DNA of 64,000 bases from Escherichia phage HP3.2: the sequence record OP978391.1. One strand, written 5' to 3'. Below are positions 8,612 through 18,747 of this stretch, piece after piece (the stretch's first letter is position 1; the number at the start of each line of letters is the position of its first letter). Position numbers and translations under genes: made by a program. Below the pieces are notes generated by a model. It did no database searches and had not been told where the DNA came from. It worked only from the letters and a program-made list of their open reading frames with translations.

Positions 8612-9169
8612 TTAAATGGAAAGATACCATCCGCTGTAGTTGCTTTTTCTTACAACCTTACGAAGGTCTTCTCTATCACCGATGAACTTCGGAGTGTATT
8701 GGATGACACCTGGATGAATTTCTTTAGTGTTGAATATAATTATACAGTCAGCGACTTGATGATTTAGAATGGGCCCTAGATTTATTCCAGAACCATATGG
8801 ATACTCTCCACTGCATCCTGTTGTCACCGAAATCCAACGTGAGTCAGTTTGATGTGTCTTAACTTCTACACGAAGCCCGCAGTATCTTGGATGCGCCAAT
8901 ACATCCCATGCATATGTGTACGGATCATCGACATCTTCTTGACCTTTGTTAACATACCCGCTCAGCCAATCTGCTACAAAAAACTCTGCGTACACAGCGA
9001 TACGGCATCTTTCGATAACTTCTGCCTTATCCTGATTTGGGTTTTGTTTTAAAGAGTATCTTGCAGTATCAACAATTTTGACCTTCATTTCACTAGTCAA
9101 GTCACTGTTCGATAGGGTAAATGTCGGAATCTGAAATAGTCTCTGTAACCCCGGATTCGTTTTCTGCAT
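8612..9169 (-). CDS. denB: DenB endonuclease IV
   Basis: 185 aa; sequence and position next to rIIB match T4 DenB. Confidence 0.85.
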   Translation of the reverse strand: MQKTNPGLQRLFQIPTFTLSNSDLTSEMKVKIVDTARYSLKQNPNQDKAEVIERCRIAVYAEFFVADWLSGYVNKGQEDVDDPYTYAWDVLAHPRYCGLRVEVKTHQTDSRWISVTTGCSGEYPYGSGINLGPILNHQVADCIIIFNTKEIHPGVIQYTPKFIGDREDLRKVVRKSNYSGWYLSI

Positions 9170-9236
9170 TTAAACTTTCCTTTTATGTCTGAATCACTAG
9201 TATTCATATAATAAATCATAATTTCTCTTAAAACAA

Positions 9237-9252
9237 AAGGGCCGAAGCCCTT
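9237..9252 (-). terminator. Hairpin AAGGGC-CGAA-GCCCTT (UUCG tetraloop on minus RNA), T-rich on both sides
   Basis: 6-bp stem with tetraloop read directly; between denB and the next ORF. Confidence 0.5.
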
Positions 9253-9255
9253 ATT

Positions 9256-9450
9256 TTATTTGAATTGTGCAATTCTTTTCTCTAGACATTCAGCATAAGA
9301 TTTCATTGAGATAAACTGCGAAAGTAACAGTTCTTGCTCAACTGCATTAACTGTTAGAAACTTTGCGCTTTCTAAAAATTTGCTCAGTGCATTAATTTTG
9401 AGCATTAATTGATCGTATTCTTCTTTTACTCGTGCTTGATAACCTAACAT
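9256..9450 (-). CDS. Hypothetical protein, 64 aa
   Basis: Track ORF flanked on both sides by identical AAGGGCCGAAGCCCTTATTT hairpins. Confidence 0.5.
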   Translation of the reverse strand: MLGYQARVKEEYDQLMLKINALSKFLESAKFLTVNAVEQELLLSQFISMKSYAECLEKRIAQFK

Positions 9451-9454
9451 AATT

Positions 9455-9470
9455 TTCCTTAGTTAAGGGC
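9455..9470 (-). terminator. Hairpin AAGGGC-CGAA-GCCCTT, second copy
   Basis: Identical to the 9237 copy; between rIIB stop and the 64-aa ORF. Confidence 0.5.
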
Positions 9471-9478
9471 CGAAGCCC

Positions 9479-10417
9479 TTATTTAAATTGTTCAGTAACG
9501 TCTTCAACTACTTCGTATTGGCAGGTACGCATTTTAGCATCGTTGTAATCAATCGGAATTGATACTACATCACGCGGATGTACTTTAACTTTTACAACTC
9601 GACTAGTTGAACTGCCAAAGTGACGAATATAAGATTTAGAACACACATGCAGACCACGAGAACAAGTTTGTGTATCATCGTCATTCACACGAGTACGTGG
9701 CATTTTAACTACTTTACCCGGACTGTTATCAAAGGTGTTTGAGTGACAGTCAAAGTAGTTGTCACGAACTACTTTCCAAGCATAGAAGTAACCATCTTCT
9801 GTAATTTCAATATCATTTGCTACCAAGAAATCAAAGAGTCGAGATACCGCTTTTTGGCTTGGGTTTTCCAGCAGATTTTCCAAGAACGGAAAATAAAATT
9901 CAAAGTTTTCACCTTTTTCCATCGAATCGAGAATACGATCAACCAGACCAGACCGTAATTCGATATTTTGATAGAACAAGCTTCCGCCTTCAATTCGAAC
10001 ATCACCAGAAATATATTTTTCAACAGCGCGACGAACATTAATTTTTTGTGCCGCTTCTTCCAACTTATCCGCTACAAGCAGATTAAGAATTTCCTGGAAG
10101 TTTGAATGAGTATTAGGAGTTGCGTTATAAGTTACACCGTCAACAGTAATTGAAATGAATTTTTTAGATGCATTCCAAATAATGTCAGATTTAGCAACTG
10201 GAGCAATAGCTACATCGCTATTAACTTTAACTGTAATATCACCGCTAATAGTAACTTTAGAGCGTTTAGCTTCTTCAGCATTTTTCAAAACACGACGGAT
10301 TGTGTCAACCGATACACCTTGCCAATCAGCCAATTCCTGTTGGGTGTAATTACCACTTGAATACAGCTTAACAATTTCAGCTTGTTCGTTTTTGGTCAGG
10401 CATTTAATATTGTACAT
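9479..10417 (-). CDS. rIIB: rIIB protein
   Basis: 312 aa; sequence and length match T4 rIIB. Confidence 0.93.
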   Translation of the reverse strand: MYNIKCLTKNEQAEIVKLYSSGNYTQQELADWQGVSVDTIRRVLKNAEEAKRSKVTISGDITVKVNSDVAIAPVAKSDIIWNASKKFISITVDGVTYNATPNTHSNFQEILNLLVADKLEEAAQKINVRRAVEKYISGDVRIEGGSLFYQNIELRSGLVDRILDSMEKGENFEFYFPFLENLLENPSQKAVSRLFDFLVANDIEITEDGYFYAWKVVRDNYFDCHSNTFDNSPGKVVKMPRTRVNDDDTQTCSRGLHVCSKSYIRHFGSSTSRVVKVKVHPRDVVSIPIDYNDAKMRTCQYEVVEDVTEQFK

Positions 10418-10428
10418 AATTTTCCTTA

Positions 10429-12606
10429 TTAGGCCGCAAGGGCCTTCATAGTTTTAGCGATTTGGGAAACTTCATCATCACTCAAAGAGTTACGATAACC
10501 GATGAAGTCGGAAACAATACGGAATTTCTTGGTAAACTCAGCAACCATTTTATCACTATTTTTTGAAGCATTACGTGATAATTCATCAAAGAGATTAGTT
10601 ACTGTCCAGATGTCATGACCGATGGTATCTTTTCCACCATTAAAATATACACCGCGCAATGAACTAACTATATTAGCGAGTCGTGTATATTCTTCAGAAA
10701 CTTCATCTGTACTGAAGTACTTCATCATAAAATCTAGTTCAGGATACTTGATAATTTTATCAATATATCGTTGAGCTGAACTTGAATAACCTACGTACTT
10801 ATCATAATCTACATCATCAAAAGCATCTACATATAAATCACGCAGAGTTTCAAAAATACATTGGCACTGACCGAGTTCTTTTACCTTTTTCTGCAAAAGC
10901 GGACGAATAACATAAAACTCATTAATGCCAATAAGATTAGCCATACGAATCAAAATATTCATAGATGGATGACAAAGAGATGTAGTACCATCCATAGAGA
11001 AAATATCAGAACGATGCATATACGCTACATACCCAGTAATTTCATCTGCTTCTGATGTGAGCGTAAATAATTCCTCTTTTTCCCAGCGCCCGTCTTTAAT
11101 TTCAAACTTAAATGCTGTAGCAGCTTTAGGACGAGGAGCTTTACTTTTAACTACCTTTGGAATATAGCTTTTAACTAAAGCTTCGATTTCTGACAAATAA
11201 TGAATGTTAACTTCATCACTTTCAAACATCGCCATAATATCAGGAAGCAAATCAATCTGCGATTCTACTTCTGGATTAATAAACAGAAGGCGTTCGTTGT
11301 GATGAATATTCAAAGTGTTATTAAATTCACTATCATCTAACGCATGTGCTAATCCACGGACAATATTAACACGATTTTTAATATTATCAATAACGATATT
11401 AATTTTTGTTGCATTAATACCAAACAGACGATAACTTGATGCAACGGCTGAAGTTTCATGACTTTGCTTAATGCGCTTCAGTCGAGGGTCAAGATTTACT
11501 TCATACACAACTCCTGCATTGCATAACTTACTATCAGGTTCAAACATGCTTTGCATCTTCTTATATGACAGATTTTTAGTCGTAAATTTGACTGAATTAC
11601 TAATCATATAATCTCGAGCAGAATATCCCATCTTCATCAATTCACGATATGTATGACGGGGAGATGTGGATTCTTTAAATCGTTTTACATCTTCATTAAA
11701 TGCTTTCTCACTGAGTTCTTTAACTCGTTCAATAATATTTTTACGAGTACGATCATCCAGTGAAAGAGCCTCGCGAGATGGAGCAATATCAAGTGAACCC
11801 ATTGGAAACTTAATGTAATTCACTTCATTGCGAATGCTTAGCCAGTTACGGTCTCTAATAACACCATCGATAGGATAAACAATACCGCCATAGATAGCAT
11901 ATAATCCACCACGATCAGGCCAGTATCTTTCTGGATTTACACCGTAATAGTCATCAAAATCCGGAAAATAATCAATTTCGCGGTCAAGACCATTAATGAT
12001 AGCCAAATCTTTGAATGGTCGCATGATATAAGAAACTTCATAAGCAAAGTTTCTAAAGTCTTTTTCTTCAACTGGAACTACGATTTCAATACCAGTTTTA
12101 TCATCTGGACCCATTTCTTTTACGAATGTAGGTTTAATCTGTGGACCATCACCATCCATGTAAGCTACATAACCACGAATTTCACCTTTATGATACGAAG
12201 TAATACTAAATGTATCAGTATAACTAAACGGAGATTTAGAACCTAAACCAAACCCGCCAATAAAGTCATTAGATTCAGCCTTAGATGAACTGAAGTATGA
12301 ATTATATAACCCAGGAGAATTATCATCACCCTGAATATCAAAATCACTCATACCCGGACCAAAATCTCGACAAACAAATCGCGGATCTAATCGTCCTGGA
12401 ACTTGTATGATAAATTTTTCAGGATTTCCATTAAGTGCATGGGCATCAATCATATTAGTAATTAATTCACGGACTACTGCACGAATCTTGTTTGTATACA
12501 AATCAGATGACAGAATTTTAAATACTTTAGGAGATGCTGTGATGCTAAATGCTTTTGATTTAGAACCATTGCCAAGAATTGTTTCTTTTTCAGTGGTGAT
12601 AATCAT
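10429..12606 (-). CDS. rIIA: rIIA protein
   Basis: 725 aa; sequence and length match T4 rIIA. Confidence 0.93.
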   Translation of the reverse strand: MIITTEKETILGNGSKSKAFSITASPKVFKILSSDLYTNKIRAVVRELITNMIDAHALNGNPEKFIIQVPGRLDPRFVCRDFGPGMSDFDIQGDDNSPGLYNSYFSSSKAESNDFIGGFGLGSKSPFSYTDTFSITSYHKGEIRGYVAYMDGDGPQIKPTFVKEMGPDDKTGIEIVVPVEEKDFRNFAYEVSYIMRPFKDLAIINGLDREIDYFPDFDDYYGVNPERYWPDRGGLYAIYGGIVYPIDGVIRDRNWLSIRNEVNYIKFPMGSLDIAPSREALSLDDRTRKNIIERVKELSEKAFNEDVKRFKESTSPRHTYRELMKMGYSARDYMISNSVKFTTKNLSYKKMQSMFEPDSKLCNAGVVYEVNLDPRLKRIKQSHETSAVASSYRLFGINATKINIVIDNIKNRVNIVRGLAHALDDSEFNNTLNIHHNERLLFINPEVESQIDLLPDIMAMFESDEVNIHYLSEIEALVKSYIPKVVKSKAPRPKAATAFKFEIKDGRWEKEELFTLTSEADEITGYVAYMHRSDIFSMDGTTSLCHPSMNILIRMANLIGINEFYVIRPLLQKKVKELGQCQCIFETLRDLYVDAFDDVDYDKYVGYSSSAQRYIDKIIKYPELDFMMKYFSTDEVSEEYTRLANIVSSLRGVYFNGGKDTIGHDIWTVTNLFDELSRNASKNSDKMVAEFTKKFRIVSDFIGYRNSLSDDEVSQIAKTMKALAA
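10431..10445 (-). other. GC hairpin AGGCC-GCAAG-GGCCT at the rIIA/rIIB junction
   Basis: Inverted repeat read directly; overlaps the rIIA stop codon. Confidence 0.4.
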
Positions 12607-12616
12607 AATTTCCTCA

Positions 12617-12820
12617 TTAATTCATATTACGCTTAATAACTTCAGCAACTTCTAGTAATTCATCTTTAGTTGCAGTGTCGGATTGAATTTTATCTCTAAT
12701 ATCTTTAAAGCGGTTTTTAAATTCTTCGGCTTCTCCCATATCGAAAAAGCGTTGAATGATTCTATATTCTCGATGAACTGCTTTATCAAAAAGTTCTAAA
12801 TTTACTTTATATGATTTCAT
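12617..12820 (-). CDS. Hypothetical protein, 67 aa (rIIA.1 position)
   Basis: Track ORF immediately upstream of rIIA, co-oriented. Confidence 0.6.
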   Translation of the reverse strand: MKSYKVNLELFDKAVHREYRIIQRFFDMGEAEEFKNRFKDIRDKIQSDTATKDELLEVAEVIKRNMN

Positions 12821-12845
12821 TTCAATATCCTCATTTGCCCAATTA

Positions 12846-12875
12846 ATTATACCACATCCTTGTGGTAAAGTAAAC
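12846..12875 (-). promoter_or_regulatory. Early sigma70-like promoter
   Basis: GTTTAC, 18-bp spacer, TATAAT; near-identical 30-mer recurs at 58660-58689. Confidence 0.55.
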
Positions 12876-14695
12876 TACTGGCTCATCCATTCTTTACGAA
12901 GGTCAGCATTATCTCCCATGAGCATTTCAAAAAGCTCTTTCCAGTTCTCAGGAAGTTTAACAACATCATATACTGGATTTTGAATCATCTCACGATATTC
13001 AGATTTTTCCAAAGAGCCAAGTCCTTTAATATAACGGATGCTATGTTTAGGTAGAGCATCTTTAGCACTCTCATATTCAGCGACTGTATAAAACCATTCT
13101 TGTTTTTTACCGACCTGAGCGATGATTACAGGAGTTTTGACAAAACGAATTCTTCCTTGCTCAAACAGTTCTGGCCAATTACTAAAAAACCCGAGCAGAG
13201 AAGGATAAATGCTTCCTAGACCATCATGGTCAGCATCAGTCATAATAGCGATATTATGATAATTCAAGTTTTCAGCTTTTTCACCGAGAACTAATCCAGT
13301 GATTGCGCAAATATCAAACAATTCTTTGTTTTTAAGCATATCAGCATATGACATACCCCAACTGTTGAGAACTTTACCGCGCAATGGATAACCACCATGA
13401 AGTTCTTTATCACGAACATCAATAAGATATCCGATAGCCGAATCACCCTCAGTCAAGAAAAGAGTAGTGTCAGCATCTTTACCACAAAGATTCGCTTTGA
13501 TATGTTTATGAACCTTAGCTTTAGAAGCCTTTTTAGCTGCTTTAGTTTCTGCTGCTTTTTCTGCCGCCAATTTACGAGCCAAAGCAGCTTCAATAATCGG
13601 CATTAGAATTGCTTCATTATTTAGAATAGCACGTGAAATCTTTTTAGCATCAAGTTGAATATGACTACGGATTTCACCAAATGGAGAAGTCAAACGCTCT
13701 TTAGTTTGAGAATCAAATCGCATGTTTTTCATATCACGGACAAACATAACGATAGTCAAACATTCTTTAACGCGTGCTTTAGTCACATCAATTTTGAACT
13801 TACGTTTGATTTGTGGAATAAGGTCTTCACAAATATCATCCATAACACAGTCAATGTGATGGCCACCATTCTTAGTATGAATGTTATTAACGTATGTTAA
13901 TTGACGAAAACCATCCGGTGAACGACCAACCGCAATAGAACAATTTTCTTGTTCTTGAACAATAGCATGCTCATCATATTGGCGTGCATATTTCTTAAAA
14001 TTGCCCTGAACCTTTTTACCATTAAAGGTAAATTGAATATCAGGATAAACTACTGCGAGTGTCTGGAGACGGTCCAGTGTAATGTCAAGATAAACCTGAG
14101 ACAGCTCATTAGTTTCAAATGACATAAAATCAGGAATGAAAGTAACACGAGTTCCTTTCCATTTTCCAGGAATATCTTCCCATGATTTATTTTCCATGCC
14201 ATTTGAACAACGAACTACAATATTATTTTGACCATCACCAGTTTCACCGACAAACATCACAGAAAAAATGTTTGTCAAACTAGAACCAACACCATTCATA
14301 CCACCGGTGACACGTTCTTTATCATCACCAAAGTTACCACCTGCTTTTGGAATAGTCCATGCAGCAACAGGACCAGGAATTTCTTCACCGGTAGGTGTTT
14401 TGACCATCGCTTGTGGAATACCGCGACCGTTATCTTCAACTGTTACTTGATTGTTTTTAATAGTAACATTAATTTTATTTGCGAATTTAAACTTAGTACG
14501 AATACCTTCATCTACTGAGTTATCGATAATTTCATCAATAAGCTTAACAAGACCAGGTACATACTGAACACTTTCCCATTTACCAAACAGAAAGCGCTCA
14601 TGCATTTCATTAGCAGAAGAGCCAATATACATGCCGCTACGCTTTTTGATATGTTCAATATCGCTCAGAATTTTAATTTCATTCTTAATCATCAC
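12875..14695 (-). CDS. 39: DNA topoisomerase II large subunit, single fused gene 39 (T2/T6 type, no gene 60 split)
   Basis: 606 aa with GyrB-like ATPase (EDNGRGIP) and Toprim regions in one ORF. Confidence 0.93.
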   Translation of the reverse strand: MMIKNEIKILSDIEHIKKRSGMYIGSSANEMHERFLFGKWESVQYVPGLVKLIDEIIDNSVDEGIRTKFKFANKINVTIKNNQVTVEDNGRGIPQAMVKTPTGEEIPGPVAAWTIPKAGGNFGDDKERVTGGMNGVGSSLTNIFSVMFVGETGDGQNNIVVRCSNGMENKSWEDIPGKWKGTRVTFIPDFMSFETNELSQVYLDITLDRLQTLAVVYPDIQFTFNGKKVQGNFKKYARQYDEHAIVQEQENCSIAVGRSPDGFRQLTYVNNIHTKNGGHHIDCVMDDICEDLIPQIKRKFKIDVTKARVKECLTIVMFVRDMKNMRFDSQTKERLTSPFGEIRSHIQLDAKKISRAILNNEAILMPIIEAALARKLAAEKAAETKAAKKASKAKVHKHIKANLCGKDADTTLFLTEGDSAIGYLIDVRDKELHGGYPLRGKVLNSWGMSYADMLKNKELFDICAITGLVLGEKAENLNYHNIAIMTDADHDGLGSIYPSLLGFFSNWPELFEQGRIRFVKTPVIIAQVGKKQEWFYTVAEYESAKDALPKHSIRYIKGLGSLEKSEYREMIQNPVYDVVKLPENWKELFEMLMGDNADLRKEWMSQ

Positions 14696-14745
14696 TTATC
14701 CTCGTTTGGTTTCGGGAATATTATACTCCGGTAATCATAAAGCTA

Positions 14746-14763
14746 AAGGCCCGAAGGCCTTTT
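14746..14763 (-). terminator. Hairpin AAAGGCC-CGAA-GGCCTTT
   Basis: 7-bp stem with tetraloop, T run downstream; between gene 39 start and the next ORF. Confidence 0.5.
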
Positions 14764-15031
14764 ATTTAAAACGAATAGTCGAATCCTTGAAGAATAGTCC
14801 AGAACATACTGTTCCTTCTACTTTCTGCCCAGTAGGTCCAATAGCACGAAATCCAGTATGCTGGAAATCATTTTCAGAGCAACCGAACCAATTATATCCA
14901 GTGATTTCAATATTAGTAAAACCACTTGAAGACAAAACTTTGGTTGCATTATCAGCATCAGTACATCCTATTAAAGACACTGCTAATACTAATGCTGCGA
15001 TAGAACGATTAATATATTTCATAATTTTCAC
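14762..15031 (-). CDS. Putative lipoprotein, 89 aa
   Basis: Signal peptide with lipobox-like LIGC near the N-terminus. Confidence 0.55.
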   Translation of the reverse strand: MKIMKYINRSIAALVLAVSLIGCTDADNATKVLSSSGFTNIEITGYNWFGCSENDFQHTGFRAIGPTGQKVEGTVCSGLFFKDSTIRFK

Positions 15032-15399
15032 TTAAATTTAATGGCTTGAAGAAGACTAATAACTCTCAAGCGGCTTCTTTCATCTTTAACTGTAAAAGAA
15101 AGAGGGTCACCAGATTTCATAGTGATAGTGCATTCAAAATCAAAATCTTCGGGAACTTCTTCGAATAGATTAAATTCTTCATCATATATTAGAACATTAC
15201 TCTGAAAACTGTGAAGAATTTTTCCGTCATTTCCAGATGCTGTACTAATCATTGTAACGTTATTACCTTTCATATCTTCAACGATAAATTCGCTTGTAGA
15301 TATTACATTACTAATAGAACCATTCCTATAAATAGCAGAAAATAGATATTTCTTTTCTTCACCTTCGCGAATGCGATATTTCTTACCGATTTTAAACAT
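15028..15399 (-). CDS. Hypothetical protein, about 123 aa
   Basis: ATG MFKIGKK preferred over track GTG start. Confidence 0.55.
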   Translation of the reverse strand: MFKIGKKYRIREGEEKKYLFSAIYRNGSISNVISTSEFIVEDMKGNNVTMISTASGNDGKILHSFQSNVLIYDEEFNLFEEVPEDFDFECTITMKSGDPLSFTVKDERSRLRVISLLQAIKFK

Positions 15400-15401
15400 A
15401 A

Positions 15402-15578
15402 TCACCCTTTAAGCAAGTCGTAAAAACCACCATTCACATGTCTAGGAGCGGAAACTAACCGAACAGCAATCCGATGACAATCAGGACATACATCAGTATC
15501 TCTTTCAGAAATTTTCTTGATTTTTTCGTATTCTTTTGCGCAGTCTTTTGATTGACATTTATAATCATAAAGCGGCAT
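15402..15578 (-). CDS. Small zinc-ribbon protein, FmdB-like (MPLYDYKC...C, CPDC)
   Basis: About 58 aa with two Cys pairs and the MPxY[DE]YxC N-terminal signature typical of FmdB-family zinc ribbons. Confidence 0.45.
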   Translation of the reverse strand: MPLYDYKCQSKDCAKEYEKIKKISERDTDVCPDCHRIAVRLVSAPRHVNGGFYDLLKG

Positions 15579-15580
15579 AA

Positions 15581-15994
15581 TTATTCCTTAAAGTGAGCTT
15601 TCAACATCTGATACAAGGACCATGCCTGTTCATCATTTTCAATAGTAACTTTCATTACAGGGAATTTAGATTGATCAATTATCGGTGCAGATTCTTCCTG
15701 CTCTTCAGCTGCCTGGTATGGATTTTCAACTTCATTAAAGAATTCAGCTTCATTCGATGAAAGCCAAATAAAATCTTCATCCAAAATATCTTTACCAGAA
15801 GATAGTACTAAATTTCCAGCAAATGACATAATTTTAATAGGACGCCCAAGAGCATCCACATCTAAAATTTTAAAAGGATGCATACCTAAACGGCGTGCAT
15901 AGATTCCGTTATCAGTATGGTCTTTAATAAAATTTTCTTGAGCTTGTTTATTTTTAAATTGATACCATTTATTAACTTCAAATTTAATAGCCAT
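15581..15994 (-). CDS. Hypothetical protein, 137 aa (goF position in T4)
   Basis: Track ORF; assignment by position and size only. Confidence 0.5.
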   Translation of the reverse strand: MAIKFEVNKWYQFKNKQAQENFIKDHTDNGIYARRLGMHPFKILDVDALGRPIKIMSFAGNLVLSSGKDILDEDFIWLSSNEAEFFNEVENPYQAAEEQEESAPIIDQSKFPVMKVTIENDEQAWSLYQMLKAHFKE

Positions 15995-16212
15995 TAATAA
16001 ATTTCCTTCCAGTAAGTTGTACCATCTTCAGTGATTTCACGAAATACACCGTAAATTGGTTGTTTATCCCCAACCTTTTCATACACATAAACCGAAGTCA
16101 AGTGAGTAAACTTAGCAGTGTGTTCCTTTTGAACTACTACCAAATCTGGATCGAATAACACATCTTCAAATTCATCATTAGTGCAATTCTGAATAATTTT
16201 ACGTTTCATCAT
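15994..16212 (-). CDS. Hypothetical protein, 72 aa (cef position in T4)
   Basis: Track ORF; assignment by position and size only. Confidence 0.5.
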   Translation of the reverse strand: MMKRKIIQNCTNDEFEDVLFDPDLVVVQKEHTAKFTHLTSVYVYEKVGDKQPIYGVFREITEDGTTYWKEIY

Positions 16213-16383
16213 AATTTCCTCATTAATTGAACATTGGAGCGATGCGTTTCAGAAGAGTATCAGCGCACCTTTAACGAATTATCCATTTTATTCTCCAAGT
16301 TGTTTTCTGTATCAGTAGTTGATATTGATATAGTACCATAATCAACTACTGATGTATATAGTTTTATGAAAAAATTTTAAACT

Positions 16384-16875
16384 TTATGCATAGCGAGCTT
16401 TGCTGTAGTGTTTAATCCAACTTTCAGGAATGACTTTGTATGTTCCTAAAAATACCGCGTTGTATAACTTAACGCCATCTTCTACCCATTGATCAGTAAT
16501 GTATGCGCACATAGCGCGAGTACGCCGAGGAAGTGGTTGTCCACCTTCGATAAATTCAAACTCATAAGGAGCAATGAACTTAATAGCTTGACCGAGTTTC
16601 CACTTAAAGTCTACACCTACATGCGAAGTATCAATCGTTTCAATTCCTTTAGCGGGAACAGCTTTCAAAAACGCAGATTCAAGAAATTTCGCGCGAACAT
16701 AACCAAACTGAGGTTTAGACTTTCCATCTTTAGGAATGATACGCACTTTTACTTCAGAATCTTCATCTTTAACGCCGTGTTTAAGCTGAATGCTTACAAT
16801 TTCGACCAATTTTCCTGCTGCTTTAGAACGGGATTTATCAGATACACGAGCAATTTCACCAATATTAATAATCAT
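16384..16875 (-). CDS. motB: MotB transcription modifier
   Basis: 163 aa; sequence and position upstream of dexA match T4 MotB. Confidence 0.8.
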   Translation of the reverse strand: MIINIGEIARVSDKSRSKAAGKLVEIVSIQLKHGVKDEDSEVKVRIIPKDGKSKPQFGYVRAKFLESAFLKAVPAKGIETIDTSHVGVDFKWKLGQAIKFIAPYEFEFIEGGQPLPRRTRAMCAYITDQWVEDGVKLYNAVFLGTYKVIPESWIKHYSKARYA

Positions 16876-16919
16876 AGTTATCTCTCACTTGTTAAAAAGA
16901 TTTTATACTCCACAGGACC

Positions 16920-16949
16920 ATTATACTCTGGTCCCAAGAGTTTGTAAAC
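16920..16949 (-). promoter_or_regulatory. Early sigma70-like promoter upstream of motB
   Basis: GTTTAC, 18-bp spacer, TATAAT. Confidence 0.55.
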
Positions 16950-16951
16950 TA

Positions 16952-17497
16952 TTAATTCAAAATAGCTACCACCGCACTACGAGGTACTACACTAAAATCT
17001 CCTGCATGGACAACGTTCAGAAGCTCAACACCATCTTCAATCCACTGGTCTGTTACCCAACCACAGATAGGATTATCAAAAGGACGACGGATAGACACAG
17101 CAGCACACAACAGGTCTGTAGGGTCTTGTTCTTCAACTTCTTGGAACAGGATGAACTCATCTTCATAAACCAGGTTTTTCTTTATTTTGTTATTATCTAA
17201 CCGGCGACCGTGGATGACGTAAGATTTGTCAAACCACTCACTTTTGGCAAATTCTTCAACAATAAATTCGCCTTCGCCAAAAACATCAGTCAGAGTTTTA
17301 TGACCAGAAATCAAGGCATTAGTTTTAATTTTAGGTTCAACCAGTTTGTAGGTTTTGCCGATTTCAATAGCGGTAGTCATAGTAGGTTCCTTAATTTCCA
17401 GTGGTTTAACAGGGCATACATAAGTACTTACAACGTCAAAATCAATCAGTTTAGCTGCCGGATTCGGTGTGTATTCAGGATTATAATTAAATTTCAT
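16952..17497 (-). CDS. MotB paralog, 181 aa (motB.1 position)
   Basis: C-terminus VTDQWIEDGVELLNVVHAGDFSVVPRS parallels MotB ITDQWVEDGVKLYNAVFLGTYKVIPES. Confidence 0.6.
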   Translation of the reverse strand: MKFNYNPEYTPNPAAKLIDFDVVSTYVCPVKPLEIKEPTMTTAIEIGKTYKLVEPKIKTNALISGHKTLTDVFGEGEFIVEEFAKSEWFDKSYVIHGRRLDNNKIKKNLVYEDEFILFQEVEEQDPTDLLCAAVSIRRPFDNPICGWVTDQWIEDGVELLNVVHAGDFSVVPRSAVVAILN

Positions 17498-17499
17498 AA

Positions 17500-18000
17500 T
17501 TATCTCATTTCAATAAAATCTACAAGTTCAGCATGGGATTTACGGAACATTACTTGATGCCCGCCAATGATAACTTGGTCATCTGGTACTTCGTATACAG
17601 CAAGATAAAATCCTTTCGAAGCTAATTCTTCACGCTCTTCTCGTGTGAACCATCTCATCATATCATATTCACTAGCGAAAGCAAAATGATAAAGACCTAT
17701 AAACCATCCTGGAATATGATATTCTACTCCAACATAATCTTTCTTGAACTTAGTATTAATTACTATATTAGCGTTTTTAACTAATAGTTTATCTTCGTGT
17801 GGTAAAGGAATTCTTTTATTATTATCGCTATGATGCATAAAATTAGGTCTGTCATAACCTACGTGTAATAGCCACTCTTCGCTCCATGAATCTATTATAC
17901 TCCTGTACGGCGTTATTTGAACACAAAGATTTCGACGTATTGTTATAGCATCTTCATAATCAAGAATACTAAACGATGATTCAACACGATAAATTTTCAT
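17500..18000 (-). CDS. Hypothetical protein, about 166 aa
   Basis: Start MKIYRV with GAGGA RBS preferred over track start. Confidence 0.55.
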   Translation of the reverse strand: MKIYRVESSFSILDYEDAITIRRNLCVQITPYRSIIDSWSEEWLLHVGYDRPNFMHHSDNNKRIPLPHEDKLLVKNANIVINTKFKKDYVGVEYHIPGWFIGLYHFAFASEYDMMRWFTREEREELASKGFYLAVYEVPDDQVIIGGHQVMFRKSHAELVDFIEMR

Positions 18001-18027
18001 TTTATTATCCTCAGTAGCTATGGTGTT

Positions 18028-18057
18028 ATAATACCACAACTAACCGAGGAAGTAAAC
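18028..18057 (-). promoter_or_regulatory. Early sigma70-like promoter
   Basis: GTTTAC, 18-bp spacer, TATTAT. Confidence 0.5.
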
Positions 18058-18063
18058 AACTTT

Positions 18064-18747
18064 TTATCGTTTTGTTGGAAGAGATAGAGGATCGCAATCT
18101 TCCTCTGATGGAGCATCTTCAAGACCCATAGCATATCGCAAAGCGTACTTCATCATCAGGATGTCTTTCGCACAGTCATGAATAGAATCATGCGCAACGA
18201 ATCCATCTAAAGTTCCTTTTGGAAGAGGACACGTGGTCATATCACGAACAAGCAGAAGTGCTTCAATTCTGGTACGAATATCACGCTGATTCCAGAATTT
18301 ACATGGTTCTAACTTAAATGTGTCAAGCTCATTCTCAGAAACACCATTAAAACGTTGAATATCACGAATAAGATCGACTAAAATTGGAAAATCAAACGAC
18401 ATTCCACGGCACCAGCCTTGAGATTTCCAAGGATCGATATTATGTGCATTGATGTAATCATTAAATTTTGCAATACCATCGATAGTGCTTACATCTTCAT
18501 CTGATGGTGCAATATTTTTTCGAGCTTCAGGAGATTGATTCTTCCACCATTCGATAGTGCTTTTAGTAAAAAGACGATGTCCTTTTTGGCTTTTTAAATC
18601 AAACTTGATTTTAATGCCGCGTGAAACTAATTCATCAAATGTTTCAACTACTTCTGGATTAGGGTCAAAAGCAATTACAGCTAAATCAATAACAGCTGCT
18701 TTTTCACCACTTCCCATTGTTTCAAAATCTATAATAAAATCAAACAT
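18064..18747 (-). CDS. dexA: Exonuclease A (DexA)
   Basis: 227 aa MFDFIIDFETMGSG... (DEDD-type exonuclease motif), matches T4 DexA. Confidence 0.88.
   Translation of the reverse strand: MFDFIIDFETMGSGEKAAVIDLAVIAFDPNPEVVETFDELVSRGIKIKFDLKSQKGHRLFTKSTIEWWKNQSPEARKNIAPSDEDVSTIDGIAKFNDYINAHNIDPWKSQGWCRGMSFDFPILVDLIRDIQRFNGVSENELDTFKLEPCKFWNQRDIRTRIEALLLVRDMTTCPLPKGTLDGFVAHDSIHDCAKDILMMKYALRYAMGLEDAPSEEDCDPLSLPTKR

Noticed and set aside
16329-16358. Variant early promoter upstream of the 72-aa ORF at 15994..16212
   Set aside because: The -10 TACTAT context is present but no GTTTAC-like -35 element sits at the right spacing; too weak to call as a feature.
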